From positions 36,850-100,849 of the forward strand of contig CAZJCQ010000003.1 in the NCBI GenBank assembly GCA_964544665.1: a stretch of DNA of 64,000 nt, read 5' to 3'. This DNA is from an uncultured Chryseobacterium sp. (GTDB taxonomy: Bacteria; Bacteroidota; Bacteroidia; Flavobacteriales_D; Sanyastnellaceae). Every line of letters begins with the position of its first letter. The first letter of the stretch is position 1. Made by a program: the position numbers and the translations under genes. The notes beneath the pieces were generated by a model. The model ran no database searches and was not told the DNA's origin. It saw only the letters and a list, made by a program, of their open reading frames with translations. Shown here piece by piece: positions 55,584 through 64,000 of the stretch.

Positions 55584-56309
55584 ATGAACACTCCAGATTT
55601 TCAAAGAGACTATTCAGTAGACGAAGTTTCTAGTAGTAGTTTAAGAGCATTCATGAACCGTGTTTTCGGCATGATGTCCTTAGCACTGGTCATTTCTGGT
55701 CTAGTCGCTTATAAGATGGGCACTCCAGAATTGAACGCCTATTTTTACATCGAAACCACCGGAATGACAGGACTGGGCTGGTTGGTCATGTTATCTCCCC
55801 TTGCGTTTATTTTGGTGATGAATTTTGGCATCAACAAATTAAGTCCAATGGGATTGAATTTGGTTTTTATCGGATTCGCTGCGGTAATGGGATTAAGCAT
55901 GAGCAGTATTTTCTTGGTTTATGATTTCGGAACCATCACCAAGGTTTTTCTCATCACTGCTGGCCTTTTTGGGTTTATGGCCATCCTCGGATTCACCACA
56001 TCGACCGATCTCTCAAAAATGGGATCTATTTTAATGATGGCGGTAGTCGGAATGATCATTGCCTCTGTTGTCAATTGGTTCATGCATAGTGCTCAATTAG
56101 ATTACATCATCAGTTGTGTGGGCGTATTAGTATTTACAGGATTGACGGCTTATGACGTTCAAAAATTGAAAAGAATCGGTATGGGCGTGGAATATGGAGA
56201 TGCAAGTTCTCAAAAATTAGCCACGATGGGGGCACTGAGTCTCTATTTAGATTTCATCAATTTATTCATGTTCCTTCTCCGTATTTTCGGGGGAAGCAAC
56301 AGAGATTAA
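55584..56309 (+). CDS. Bax inhibitor-1/YccA family membrane protein
   Basis: Seven TM helices. C-terminal LSLYLDFINLFMFLLRIFG. Confidence 0.75.
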   Translation: MNTPDFQRDYSVDEVSSSSLRAFMNRVFGMMSLALVISGLVAYKMGTPELNAYFYIETTGMTGLGWLVMLSPLAFILVMNFGINKLSPMGLNLVFIGFAAVMGLSMSSIFLVYDFGTITKVFLITAGLFGFMAILGFTTSTDLSKMGSILMMAVVGMIIASVVNWFMHSAQLDYIISCVGVLVFTGLTAYDVQKLKRIGMGVEYGDASSQKLATMGALSLYLDFINLFMFLLRIFGGSNRD

Positions 56310-56333
56310 TGACCATACTCCACCATTTTATCA

Positions 56334-56357
56334 ACCCGCCCTCGATGGCGGGTTTTT
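56334..56357 (+). terminator. Rho-independent terminator
   Basis: ACCCGCC-ctcgat-GGCGGGT followed by TTTT. Confidence 0.65.
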
Positions 56358-56364
56358 ATTATAC

Positions 56365-57501
56365 ATGAATACATTTCTCGCACATTTTCCCGCTACTCAT
56401 GAAAGACCTTGGAATATCATTGCCAAAGGAGAAAAGAGCGCCTTCATTATGGAAGATACAGCAAGAAAAGAAGATTGGGAAAAACTGCAAGCTTGGATTC
56501 ATCAGCACAAGGGCCAATGGATTTTCGCTCTTTCTTCTTTTGAAAGCGGATTTCCTTTTTTAAAAATAACAGCTCATAAAAAAGATGTTATCGCTTGTCC
56601 CTCGCTTGTGTGGATAGTTCCCGAGGAAATAGACATTAGCAAAGAATTGACCTTTATCGAAAACCAATCCAACGCTCATCAATGGCGTTTTGAAGCTACG
56701 GAAACCAAAGAGGAATATTTGCAAAACCTACATGCCATTCAACAAGAACTCCTTCGAGGAAACTTTTACGAGACCAACTATTGCATGCAACTTATAGCGA
56801 AAGGAGTTGAAGAAAACGTCTATTCGATTTGGAAAAGTTTATTTGAAAAAAACCCCGCTCCTCATTCGGTTTATTGGCAATGGAATCAACTCCACTTACT
56901 TTGTTTATCACCCGAGCGATTTATTCAAAAAAGGGATACGGACCTACTATCACAACCCATCAAGGGAACGGCTGCAAGGGCTGAGAAACACAGTGATGAC
57001 CTTGAAAATAAAAATCGATTATACAGCAGCAGAAAAGAGCGCAGTGAAAATACCATGATCGTTGATTTGGTTCGAAATGACATGAGTAAAATTGCCCAGA
57101 AAGGAAGCGTGAAGGTACCCGCCCTGTGCGCCATTGAATCCTTCAAAAGTCTGCATCACATGATCAGCACCGTGGCTTGCCAAACCGATGAAAATATTTC
57201 GACCACTGCTATTTTTGAAGCACTTTTTCCGATGGGTTCTATGACCGGTGTTCCTAAAAGAATTTCCGTACAAAAAATGCATTCACTCGAAAAAAATGCT
57301 CGCGGCTGGTACAGCGGCACTTGCGGTTGGATTGATCCTAAGGGCCATTTTGATTTCAATGTAATCATCCGCAGTATCATCTATGATGATCAGCAAAAAA
57401 TCAGCAAAATCGGAATTGGATCTGCCATTACCTTGCAATCCAATTTTAATGCAGAATGGGATGAATGTTGGTTAAAATCCCAATCACTGACCAATCAATA
57501 G
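56365..57501 (+). CDS. pabB: Chorismate-binding enzyme, aminodeoxychorismate synthase component I-like
   Basis: SPERF, PIKGTAAR, SLHHMISTV, FPMGSMTGVPK and GWYSGTCGW. Confidence 0.7.
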   Translation: MNTFLAHFPATHERPWNIIAKGEKSAFIMEDTARKEDWEKLQAWIHQHKGQWIFALSSFESGFPFLKITAHKKDVIACPSLVWIVPEEIDISKELTFIENQSNAHQWRFEATETKEEYLQNLHAIQQELLRGNFYETNYCMQLIAKGVEENVYSIWKSLFEKNPAPHSVYWQWNQLHLLCLSPERFIQKRDTDLLSQPIKGTAARAEKHSDDLENKNRLYSSRKERSENTMIVDLVRNDMSKIAQKGSVKVPALCAIESFKSLHHMISTVACQTDENISTTAIFEALFPMGSMTGVPKRISVQKMHSLEKNARGWYSGTCGWIDPKGHFDFNVIIRSIIYDDQQKISKIGIGSAITLQSNFNAEWDECWLKSQSLTNQ

Positions 57502-57505
57502 TATC

Positions 57506-58852
57506 ATGTCCATTATCGAACACACCCAACAATTTTTTCGGGATCATTTTCATCCTTCCGATCGTTTTGTATTGGGACTCAGCGGAGGCATAGACAGTAT
57601 GGTGTTGGCAGAAGTACTGACCCAACTCGATATCACTTTTGTCGCCTGTCACATGAATTATCAACTCAGAGGGCAAGAGAGTCAAGAGGATCAATTATTC
57701 GTTGAAAATTGGTGCCTTAATAAAGGGATTACGCTGGCCACAAAAGTAGTGTTGAAAGAAAAGGATCATCAAAATACCCAGCAATGGGCGCGAGACAAAA
57801 GACGCCTTTTTTTTAAAGAATGCTTGGAAACATACCAAGCTCAATATATTCTGACAGCTCATCATGTTAACGATCAATTAGAAACTCAGCTACTCCAATT
57901 CCTTCGTGGAAGTATTATCGGATTGGGCGGAATGAAAAAAAAACAAGGTGAATACGCCCGTCCCTTTTTGTACATCGAAAAAAATGAAATCATTGAATTT
58001 GCAAAAATTCATAACATCCCATGGCGAGAAGATTCCAGTAATGCGAAGAATAATTATAAAAGAAATTTTTTAAGGCACTCCGTTACCCCGCAACTCAAGG
58101 AACATTTTGATTTGAATATTCAGCACGTTCAACATCACTCCGATCGACTTCATGCACAAAATAATTGGCATAAAGAACTTATCGGTGATTGGTTAGAGAA
58201 ACATTTAAAAACTTCCTATCCAAATATTATTACGCTTGAATTTCATTCCATACCAAGTCATCTTGAAACCTCACACATCCTCTTTCATTGGCTCCAACCA
58301 TATGGTTTCTCTGCAGAAGAAATAAACGGAATTTGCGCTTTACCATTCTCAGAAAATGGCACCTATAGAGCGAACAGCGATTATCAAGTTTACAAGACAG
58401 ATATAGGATGGAATCTTATTCGCAAAATTTCAATCGACGCGTGCCGACTGGTTATCGAAGAAGGCCAAAATGAATTCACATGGAACAATCAAGTCTTCAC
58501 CATTGAACGTAAAAAAATAGATGGCCAATTTAGCATCAATAAAAATTCAGCCATTTTGCAATTCGATGCATGCCAATGGAATCATCCGATCGTTATTCGC
58601 AATTGGACCCATGGCGACCGCTTCCAACCCCTTGGAATGAAAGGGGCATTATTACTTTCCGATTTCTTCAATCAAAATAAAATACCTGCTCCCTTGAGAG
58701 ATCAATTAGGAATCCTGACTTCACAAGATCAAATTATTGGAATACTTCAGCATCGTATTAGTGAGAAAATTAAAGTAACCTCGCAAACAAAAGAGATTAT
58801 TCAAATTCAAAAGGTTCACCTGGACTCAATTGATGAACAACTTTTTGAATAG
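57506..58852 (+). CDS. tilS: tRNA(Ile)-lysidine synthetase
   Basis: PP-loop LGLSGGIDSMVL, TAHHVNDQLET and C-terminal RNWTHGDRFQPLGM. Confidence 0.9.
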   Translation: MSIIEHTQQFFRDHFHPSDRFVLGLSGGIDSMVLAEVLTQLDITFVACHMNYQLRGQESQEDQLFVENWCLNKGITLATKVVLKEKDHQNTQQWARDKRRLFFKECLETYQAQYILTAHHVNDQLETQLLQFLRGSIIGLGGMKKKQGEYARPFLYIEKNEIIEFAKIHNIPWREDSSNAKNNYKRNFLRHSVTPQLKEHFDLNIQHVQHHSDRLHAQNNWHKELIGDWLEKHLKTSYPNIITLEFHSIPSHLETSHILFHWLQPYGFSAEEINGICALPFSENGTYRANSDYQVYKTDIGWNLIRKISIDACRLVIEEGQNEFTWNNQVFTIERKKIDGQFSINKNSAILQFDACQWNHPIVIRNWTHGDRFQPLGMKGALLLSDFFNQNKIPAPLRDQLGILTSQDQIIGILQHRISEKIKVTSQTKEIIQIQKVHLDSIDEQLFE

Positions 58853-59276
58853 CTGTGGCGTTAAATCCCTTGTTAAATAGATAGCGAGTCAATTTCATTT
58901 TCTTTTTCAAGTGATTTGATTCTGTCAAATTATTCCATTTCTTTTTTGCACAAGCCAACAGCATTTCCCATTCATCCTCCGCTGGAATGTCTTTCAAAAC
59001 GACTTGAATTAACGAATCTGAAATTCTTTTTTGTTTTAATCCTTGTTTAATTTTTTGCAATCCCCATTTTTTAAAAGCATGATGATCATGCGCATAAGCG
59101 CGAGCAAAACGCTCCTCATTGAGAAAATTCCCCTCAATCAATTTTGCTATCCAAAATCCATGCTCTCGAAAGGGGAGGGACATTCGATTTAATTTATTCT
59201 GCACATCCCAATGACAGCGCTCCGCTTTGTCGCAATAGGCCTTTATTTTTGACCATATCAACGCCTCATTTTCCAT
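58797..59276 (-). CDS. recX: Regulatory protein RecX
   Basis: KIKAYCDKAERCHWDVQNKL and three-helix repeat organisation. 159 aa. Confidence 0.75.
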   Translation of the reverse strand: MENEALIWSKIKAYCDKAERCHWDVQNKLNRMSLPFREHGFWIAKLIEGNFLNEERFARAYAHDHHAFKKWGLQKIKQGLKQKRISDSLIQVVLKDIPAEDEWEMLLACAKKKWNNLTESNHLKKKMKLTRYLFNKGFNATAIQKVVHQLSPGEPFEFE

Positions 59277-59309
59277 GAAACAAAATAACGGCTTTTTCTC
59301 TTAGTTTGC

Positions 59310-59326
59310 TATTTTTGTCAAACGTA
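59310..59326. promoter_or_regulatory. Back-to-back divergent -7 boxes: TATTTTTG on plus (59310-59317) and TACGTTTG on minus (59319-59326)
   Basis: Both match TAnnTTTG. The plus box lies 20 nt from the ATG at 59338 and the minus box about 42 nt from the recX ATG. Confidence 0.3.
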
Positions 59327-59337
59327 GAATAAAAGTA

Positions 59338-61029
59338 ATGAAAGAAGAATTGATTGAACAACTAACGAACGCATTGCAAACAGAAGAGATCATGTCTGTT
59401 CGTGATACCGTTCGTAGCATTCGGAACCAGTGGAAATCAGAAACGGTGAAAGAACGCCAACTGCAATTGGAAGCTTTTAAAGCTTCCGAACCAGAGAAAA
59501 ATGTCGAGTTCGTTTATACTCCGCATGAATTGGAGGGAAAGTTTCAAGAGCTGTGCAAACAGTATGAAGATAAGATCGAAGAAGCCGGCAAGAAACTAGC
59601 AGCAGAGCGTCAAGTGAATTTAGAATTGAAGCAAGCTGTTCTTACCGATTTTCAAAAACTCATTCAAGAAGAAGAAAATGTAGGTAAAGCTTTTGTTTGG
59701 CATAAAGAACTTCGGGAAAGATGGGATGGTATTGGTGATGTGCCAGGAGATAAATATCACGAAATACAAGACCATTGGCAACGCCTAAATCATGCTTTTT
59801 TCTACAATATCAATATTTACAAAGAGCTGCAAGCGCATGACCTTAAAGTAAATCAGAAAAGAAAAGAAGAACTCATTGAAGAAGCCAAATTATTGGTGCA
59901 AATTGAAAGCATCAATGAACTCGAAGTGATGGTGAAGAAACTCCAACGTGAATTCGTTAATGTAGGTCCTTCACCCAAAGAAGTATACAAGGAAACGGGT
60001 GATCAATTCTTTTCTATCTTAAAAGAATCACAATCGAGAATTCAATCACATTATGACGCTTTGCAACAAGAGGCCGATCAAAACTTAAATGCAAAGAAAA
60101 TTCTCATCGAAAAAACCAAAGAAATTCTTTCCATGGATTTCACTCAGCCCAACGCCTGGAACAAATGGACTGATGAAATCATTAAACTACAAGAAGAATG
60201 GAGAACAATTGGATGGACTCGTAAAAAAGAAAATGAGGAAACGTGGTTAGAATTCAGAGGACTTTGTGATGCATTCTTTGCGAAAAGAAAAACATACTTC
60301 GATGAAAGAAGATCTGTTCAAACTGAAAATAAAAAGAAAAAGGAAGAGATTATTTCCAAAGCAAAAACCATACAGGATAGTACAGATTGGAAAAAAACGA
60401 CTGAGGAGTTGAAAAAACTTCAAGAACAATGGAAAGGAATTGGAGCAGCAGAACCCAAAGATGAAAATAAATTGTGGCAGCGTTTTCGTTCTGCATGCGA
60501 TCATTTCTTTAGCAAAAAGAAAGAGCACTTTGGTGATTTAGCAGGGCAACAAGAAGAGAATTTACGATTGAAAAATACCTTATTGGAAGAAATTGAACAA
60601 TATCAACTTTCTGGAAATAAAGGAAGTGATTTGGCTTTTCTCAAAGAATTTTCAGAAAGATGGAGAGGAGTGGGGCACGTTCCCAAAGATCATATTACTT
60701 CAGTCAGCAAAAGATACAATGATGCTTTGGACAAATTGTATGGTGTTATTAATGCAAGCCGCCAGGAGAAGGATATGGATCAATATAAAAACCGTGTAGC
60801 ATCTTTGAAAACACAAGGAGGAAATACAGGAATCAAGAGAGAAAAAAATATCCTACAAGACAAAGTTGATCGACTTCAAATTCAGATCAAACAATACGAA
60901 AATAACATGGGTATTTTCACAGGAAAAGGAGCGGAGGCAATGAGAAAAGAAATAGAAAAGAAAATTAAGGCCAATCAGCAAGAGATCGCAGAGATCAAAG
61001 CAAAAATGAAATTACTCGAAGGCGAGTAA
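59338..61029 (+). CDS. DUF349 repeat protein
   Basis: Repeated W..IG.VP......LW.RF....D.FF units in a Lys/Glu-rich coiled-coil-like protein. Confidence 0.75.
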   Translation: MKEELIEQLTNALQTEEIMSVRDTVRSIRNQWKSETVKERQLQLEAFKASEPEKNVEFVYTPHELEGKFQELCKQYEDKIEEAGKKLAAERQVNLELKQAVLTDFQKLIQEEENVGKAFVWHKELRERWDGIGDVPGDKYHEIQDHWQRLNHAFFYNINIYKELQAHDLKVNQKRKEELIEEAKLLVQIESINELEVMVKKLQREFVNVGPSPKEVYKETGDQFFSILKESQSRIQSHYDALQQEADQNLNAKKILIEKTKEILSMDFTQPNAWNKWTDEIIKLQEEWRTIGWTRKKENEETWLEFRGLCDAFFAKRKTYFDERRSVQTENKKKKEEIISKAKTIQDSTDWKKTTEELKKLQEQWKGIGAAEPKDENKLWQRFRSACDHFFSKKKEHFGDLAGQQEENLRLKNTLLEEIEQYQLSGNKGSDLAFLKEFSERWRGVGHVPKDHITSVSKRYNDALDKLYGVINASRQEKDMDQYKNRVASLKTQGGNTGIKREKNILQDKVDRLQIQIKQYENNMGIFTGKGAEAMRKEIEKKIKANQQEIAEIKAKMKLLEGE

Positions 61030-61033
61030 ATAA

Positions 61034-61055
61034 AAAAGGGGCATATGCCCCTTTT
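61034..61055. terminator. Bidirectional terminator, a perfect 22-nt palindrome
   Basis: AAAAGGGGCAT|ATGCCCCTTTT between the convergent DUF349 gene and kup. Confidence 0.7.
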
Positions 61056-62982
61056 ATTTTGTCCTACATGTCAATTCTATTCGCTTGGAGGGCTTCACCA
61101 CCAATGGAACTTTTTCAAGCACAGTATCCGCCTCCTCCAATCCCCAGGCATCAATGTCACTTAGCGCTTGCTCCTTCAACCATTCGTATCCAGAGGTAAC
61201 GAAGTTTTCTTTTACGCTCAAATCATTATCTACCGATAAATATTTCTCTAGCACGACAAATTTCACATCCAGATTTTTATTGTAATCTTGATAAGGCTCT
61301 GGTTTTTTCACGATGTCATATTCGTTGCGTTTTACCATGTCATCCAAAATGCATCGGAAGAAATTATTCACTTTAGCAGGAACGCGGAAACCTAAGCGAA
61401 TGTTTACCTTAATGATTAAATCGTTTTCGATTTCAATTACTTCGTATTCCTTGGTATAGGGTTCATTCGTACGATCGATATGGACAAACCAATAAACATC
61501 AGCTCTCTTGGGGGTTTTGGACAAAATACTATCAATGATTTTGTTCTCAATTTGATGTCGCTGCTGTGCCTTCGTTAAAAAAACAAGATGCGTTGCATAC
61601 TTTGGAATTCGAGTATCACTCGATAATTTTTTCAAAACGTTGGTATAATTATCTAAATCGACAAATTGCAAGAAAGAGTTGCTCAGCTTCCGATAAGTGT
61701 AGGTAATCCACATAACATGCAAGATGATCACATACAATATCAACATCATCCATGCCTCCTTCAACTTTAAAATATTCGCAACAAAAAATGCAATTTCTAC
61801 GGCGAAAAAACAACCGACAGTACACAAGACCAATAACCAAGGCCACTTTCGCTTGAACAACAAAAAGTAACCCAACAACAATGTGGTCATCAACATGGCG
61901 ACCGTTATGAAAAACCCATAGGCCGCCTCCATGTGGGCTGATTCACGGAAATACACCATCACCCCCATACAACCACCCCACAGCAACCAATTCACACTGG
62001 GTATGTATAACTGACCCTTCAATTCAGTTGGGAATTTAACTCCTACTCGGGGCCAAAAATTCAAGTTCATCGCTTCAGATACCAATGTAAAGGATCCGCT
62101 GATCAATGCTTGGCTCGCGATAATGGTAGCCAAAGTGGCGATGATAATTCCAGGTAGAAAGAACCAATCTGGAATGATGGCAAAAAATGGATTCATGTCC
62201 TTAATACTTCCTTGCTCCATAATCCACGCGGCTTGCCCCATGTAATTTAAAATCAAAGCAACCTTAACAAAAATCCAGGAAACTCGAATATTTTCTCTTC
62301 CACAATGTCCCATATCACTGTACAGCGCCTCGGCACCCGTCGTGCATAAAAACACTGCACCCAATAACCAAAATCCTCCGGGATATTGAGTCAGCAACTC
62401 GATGGCAAATTTCGGATTAATTGCATTGAGCACTTGCGGATGATCAATGATCTGAGAGATTCCAAGAACCGCCAGCATACTAAACCAAACCAACATAATG
62501 GGACCAAAAGCGGCACCTACGAGTTTCGTCCCATATCGTTGAATAACAAATATCAATGTTAAGATAACCAACACAATCGGCAATACAGGAATGTCCTCAT
62601 TGTATTTAGACAATCCTTCCACCGCAGAGGATACCGAAATAGGTGGTGTAATTATACCATCACATAGCAGAGTGGCAGCACCAATCATGGCGGGCCAAAA
62701 CAACCATTTGCCCTTCCTTTTCACCAAAGAAAATAAAGAAAAAATTCCACCTTCACCATTATTATCGGCACGTAGGGTTAAGAAAATATATTTAATGGTC
62801 GTTTGAATTGTGAGCGTCCAAAAAATACAGGACACCCCACCATATACCAACACCTCTGTTACTGGACGATCCTGTATAATCGATCGCAATACATATAACG
62901 GAGAGGTGCCAATATCACCGAAAATAATACCGAGGGTTACCAGCACTCCGGCGGCCGAAAGTTTTTGATGTGTTGATGCCAT
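61054..62982 (-). CDS. kup: KUP/HAK/KT family potassium transporter
   Basis: GIIFGDIGTSPLYV and GAEALYSDMGHCG. Start placed at ATG 62982 (MASTHQKLSAAG...), downstream of a TACATTTG box. Confidence 0.9.
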   Translation of the reverse strand: MASTHQKLSAAGVLVTLGIIFGDIGTSPLYVLRSIIQDRPVTEVLVYGGVSCIFWTLTIQTTIKYIFLTLRADNNGEGGIFSLFSLVKRKGKWLFWPAMIGAATLLCDGIITPPISVSSAVEGLSKYNEDIPVLPIVLVILTLIFVIQRYGTKLVGAAFGPIMLVWFSMLAVLGISQIIDHPQVLNAINPKFAIELLTQYPGGFWLLGAVFLCTTGAEALYSDMGHCGRENIRVSWIFVKVALILNYMGQAAWIMEQGSIKDMNPFFAIIPDWFFLPGIIIATLATIIASQALISGSFTLVSEAMNLNFWPRVGVKFPTELKGQLYIPSVNWLLWGGCMGVMVYFRESAHMEAAYGFFITVAMLMTTLLLGYFLLFKRKWPWLLVLCTVGCFFAVEIAFFVANILKLKEAWMMLILYVIILHVMWITYTYRKLSNSFLQFVDLDNYTNVLKKLSSDTRIPKYATHLVFLTKAQQRHQIENKIIDSILSKTPKRADVYWFVHIDRTNEPYTKEYEVIEIENDLIIKVNIRLGFRVPAKVNNFFRCILDDMVKRNEYDIVKKPEPYQDYNKNLDVKFVVLEKYLSVDNDLSVKENFVTSGYEWLKEQALSDIDAWGLEEADTVLEKVPLVVKPSKRIELTCRTK

Positions 62983-62997
62983 TATTGTTCTTCGATA

Positions 62998-63005
62998 CAA
63001 ATGTA
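62998..63005 (-). promoter_or_regulatory. -7 promoter box TACATTTG upstream of kup
   Basis: Lies 15 nt upstream of the ATG at 62982. The ORF-track TTG start at 63030 lies upstream of the box. Confidence 0.4.
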
Positions 63006-63141
63006 AACTTCTTTGATATTCAAGCAACAATACTTTTTCATTTGCATCGAAACTTATGATCTTGTTTTCAACTAAACACTCTGAATATTAACATTCCGAT
63101 AAGTATTGTTTTCACTTTTATCGATTATCTTTGAAAGACCA

Positions 63142-64000
63142 ATGACCAAGCTATTCCTGAACACCACACTGAGTCTACTTTTGGCTTTCATTTTTCATGA
63201 AACTGGCCAAGGACAAGTATTGGGAACCGCAATCGAAAGTTGGGATTTTTCCAATGGCCTTCCGTCCAATTGGTCGTCAGGAAGCTCGAGTGGAATTGCG
63301 CATTGGGAGTATCGCGGACCGAGTACCAATCCCAACATTAATATTTGCTCACGGGGATCATGCGGAGCCGGCACAGTTCCCATTCAATCCCTTACCCAAA
63401 GTAATGGTTTCATGATATTTGATTCCAATTTCTGGGACGACCCCGGGACTGCTTGCGGCGGAAACATTGGAGGTGGCTCTGATCCAGGACCTCATACCGC
63501 ATGGCTAATTACCAATAGCATTGACCTCTCCGCTCATCCCGAAGTTTATATTACTTTTCAGCAACAATTAAGGAGCTATTCAGCCACTTCGTCAGTTCAA
63601 TATTCCATAAACAATGGTGCTACCTGGCAGAACATTCCTTCCTTGGACCAAACGGGGGTAATCACCAGCCCAAGTGTTCAATGGAAAAGTGCATCCATTG
63701 GAAGCTTAGTCGGAGGCCAAGCCAATGTAAAGTTTAAATTTCTTTTTGATGGATTTTATTATCACTGGTGTATTGATGATATTACTGTTTATACTCCAGC
63801 GTTTAATAACCTGCAGGTGAGCAATACCCAGTTTACGAACTACAATGAATTGGTCAATCCACTGGTCAACATGATGTATGATCAATTTCCTGCATTCATG
63901 CCTCCCACTGTATTACCCAATTGTTCCATAAATAATATTGGCACCAACTCCCAAAACAATATTATAGTCCAAAATAAAATCATCAAACTCACTACTTCTA
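63142..64000 (+). CDS. Secreted protein with an N-terminal jelly-roll (MAM/CBM-like) domain, 5' part only; the ORF runs off the window end
   Basis: My own translation from ATG 63142 gives MTKLFLNTTLSLLLAFIF...WDFSNGLPSNWSS...HWEYRG...FMIFDSNFWDD...AWLITNSIDLS...YSINNGATWQ...YHWCIDDITVY. It is open to the window edge. Confidence 0.6.
   Translation, partial: MTKLFLNTTLSLLLAFIFHETGQGQVLGTAIESWDFSNGLPSNWSSGSSSGIAHWEYRGPSTNPNINICSRGSCGAGTVPIQSLTQSNGFMIFDSNFWDDPGTACGGNIGGGSDPGPHTAWLITNSIDLSAHPEVYITFQQQLRSYSATSSVQYSINNGATWQNIPSLDQTGVITSPSVQWKSASIGSLVGGQANVKFKFLFDGFYYHWCIDDITVYTPAFNNLQVSNTQFTNYNELVNPLVNMMYDQFPAFMPPTVLPNCSINNIGTNSQNNIIVQNKIIKLTTS

Noticed and set aside
62983-63141. Possible riboswitch or leader upstream of kup (for example a c-di-AMP class). 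Similar candidates were the gaps upstream of the TBDR (36147-36272) and dxs (32465-32524).
   Set aside because: The regions are AT-rich, too short, lack GC-rich conserved helices, and are already accounted for by divergent promoter boxes.
1-64000. Search for tRNA, rRNA, CRISPR arrays, intact IS elements, prophage or defence-type genes (nucleases, STAND or AAA ATPases, toxin-antitoxin pairs).
   Set aside because: Every non-coding gap is under about 160 bp, and none shows a cloverleaf-like sequence or direct-repeat/spacer periodicity. No gene product resembles a known defence or mobility module apart from the degenerate RayT-like ORF. This was checked by eye only, so a tRNAscan, Infernal or defence-system scan should confirm it.

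Overview
This 64 kb window looks like a densely packed chromosomal region from a Bacteroidota (Flavobacteriia-like) genome. The evidence is several type IX secretion (T9SS) C-terminal sorting domains, repeated TAnnTTTG '-7' promoter boxes just upstream of start codons, and no obvious Shine-Dalgarno sequences. I support about 51 protein-coding genes. I saw no rRNA, tRNA, CRISPR array, intact IS element or prophage, and every non-coding gap is under about 160 bp.

Most genes are housekeeping:
- Translation and RNA: rbfA, rnpA, rnr, pth, tilS, miaE and an rRNA m5C methyltransferase.
- Isoprenoid (MEP) pathway: dxs, ispD.
- Cofactors and metabolism: queD, folE, a pabB-like gene, aspartate kinase, dCMP deaminase.
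- LPS core: kdsB, hldD, a GT9 heptosyltransferase, a GT2, an O-antigen-ligase-like protein.
- Other: kup, recX, an AsmA/LolE envelope block, two S41 peptidases, oligopeptidase B.

The less ordinary parts are:
1. Bases 1-6645 hold three co-directional secreted lamin-tail-domain (LTD) paralogues with 1, 2 and at least 4 LTD copies. The largest runs off the window and is built from in-frame 1221-1224 bp tandem repeats that include an unassigned Cys-bracketed domain.
2. Bases 49649-53470 hold a tightly coupled pair: an SOS-response-associated peptidase (SRAP/YedK-like) followed by a short DnaE2-like Pol III alpha. No imuA or imuB is nearby. The SRAP ends in a beta-clamp-type pentapeptide (QMTLF), the polymerase keeps an internal QATLFGV, and a TTGTA-N7-TACAA palindrome sits in the upstream promoter region.
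3. Two paralogous TonB-dependent receptors sit in odd operon contexts.
4. A divergent protein looks like an inactivated IS200/RayT-fold transposase.
5. A TAnnTTTG-N4-ATG arrangement recurs and suggests leaderless transcripts.

I did not find a convincing self-contained novel system such as a defence island. The SRAP/polymerase module is my best candidate for a second look. All functional calls come from motif recognition by eye in the supplied translations. No database search was run.
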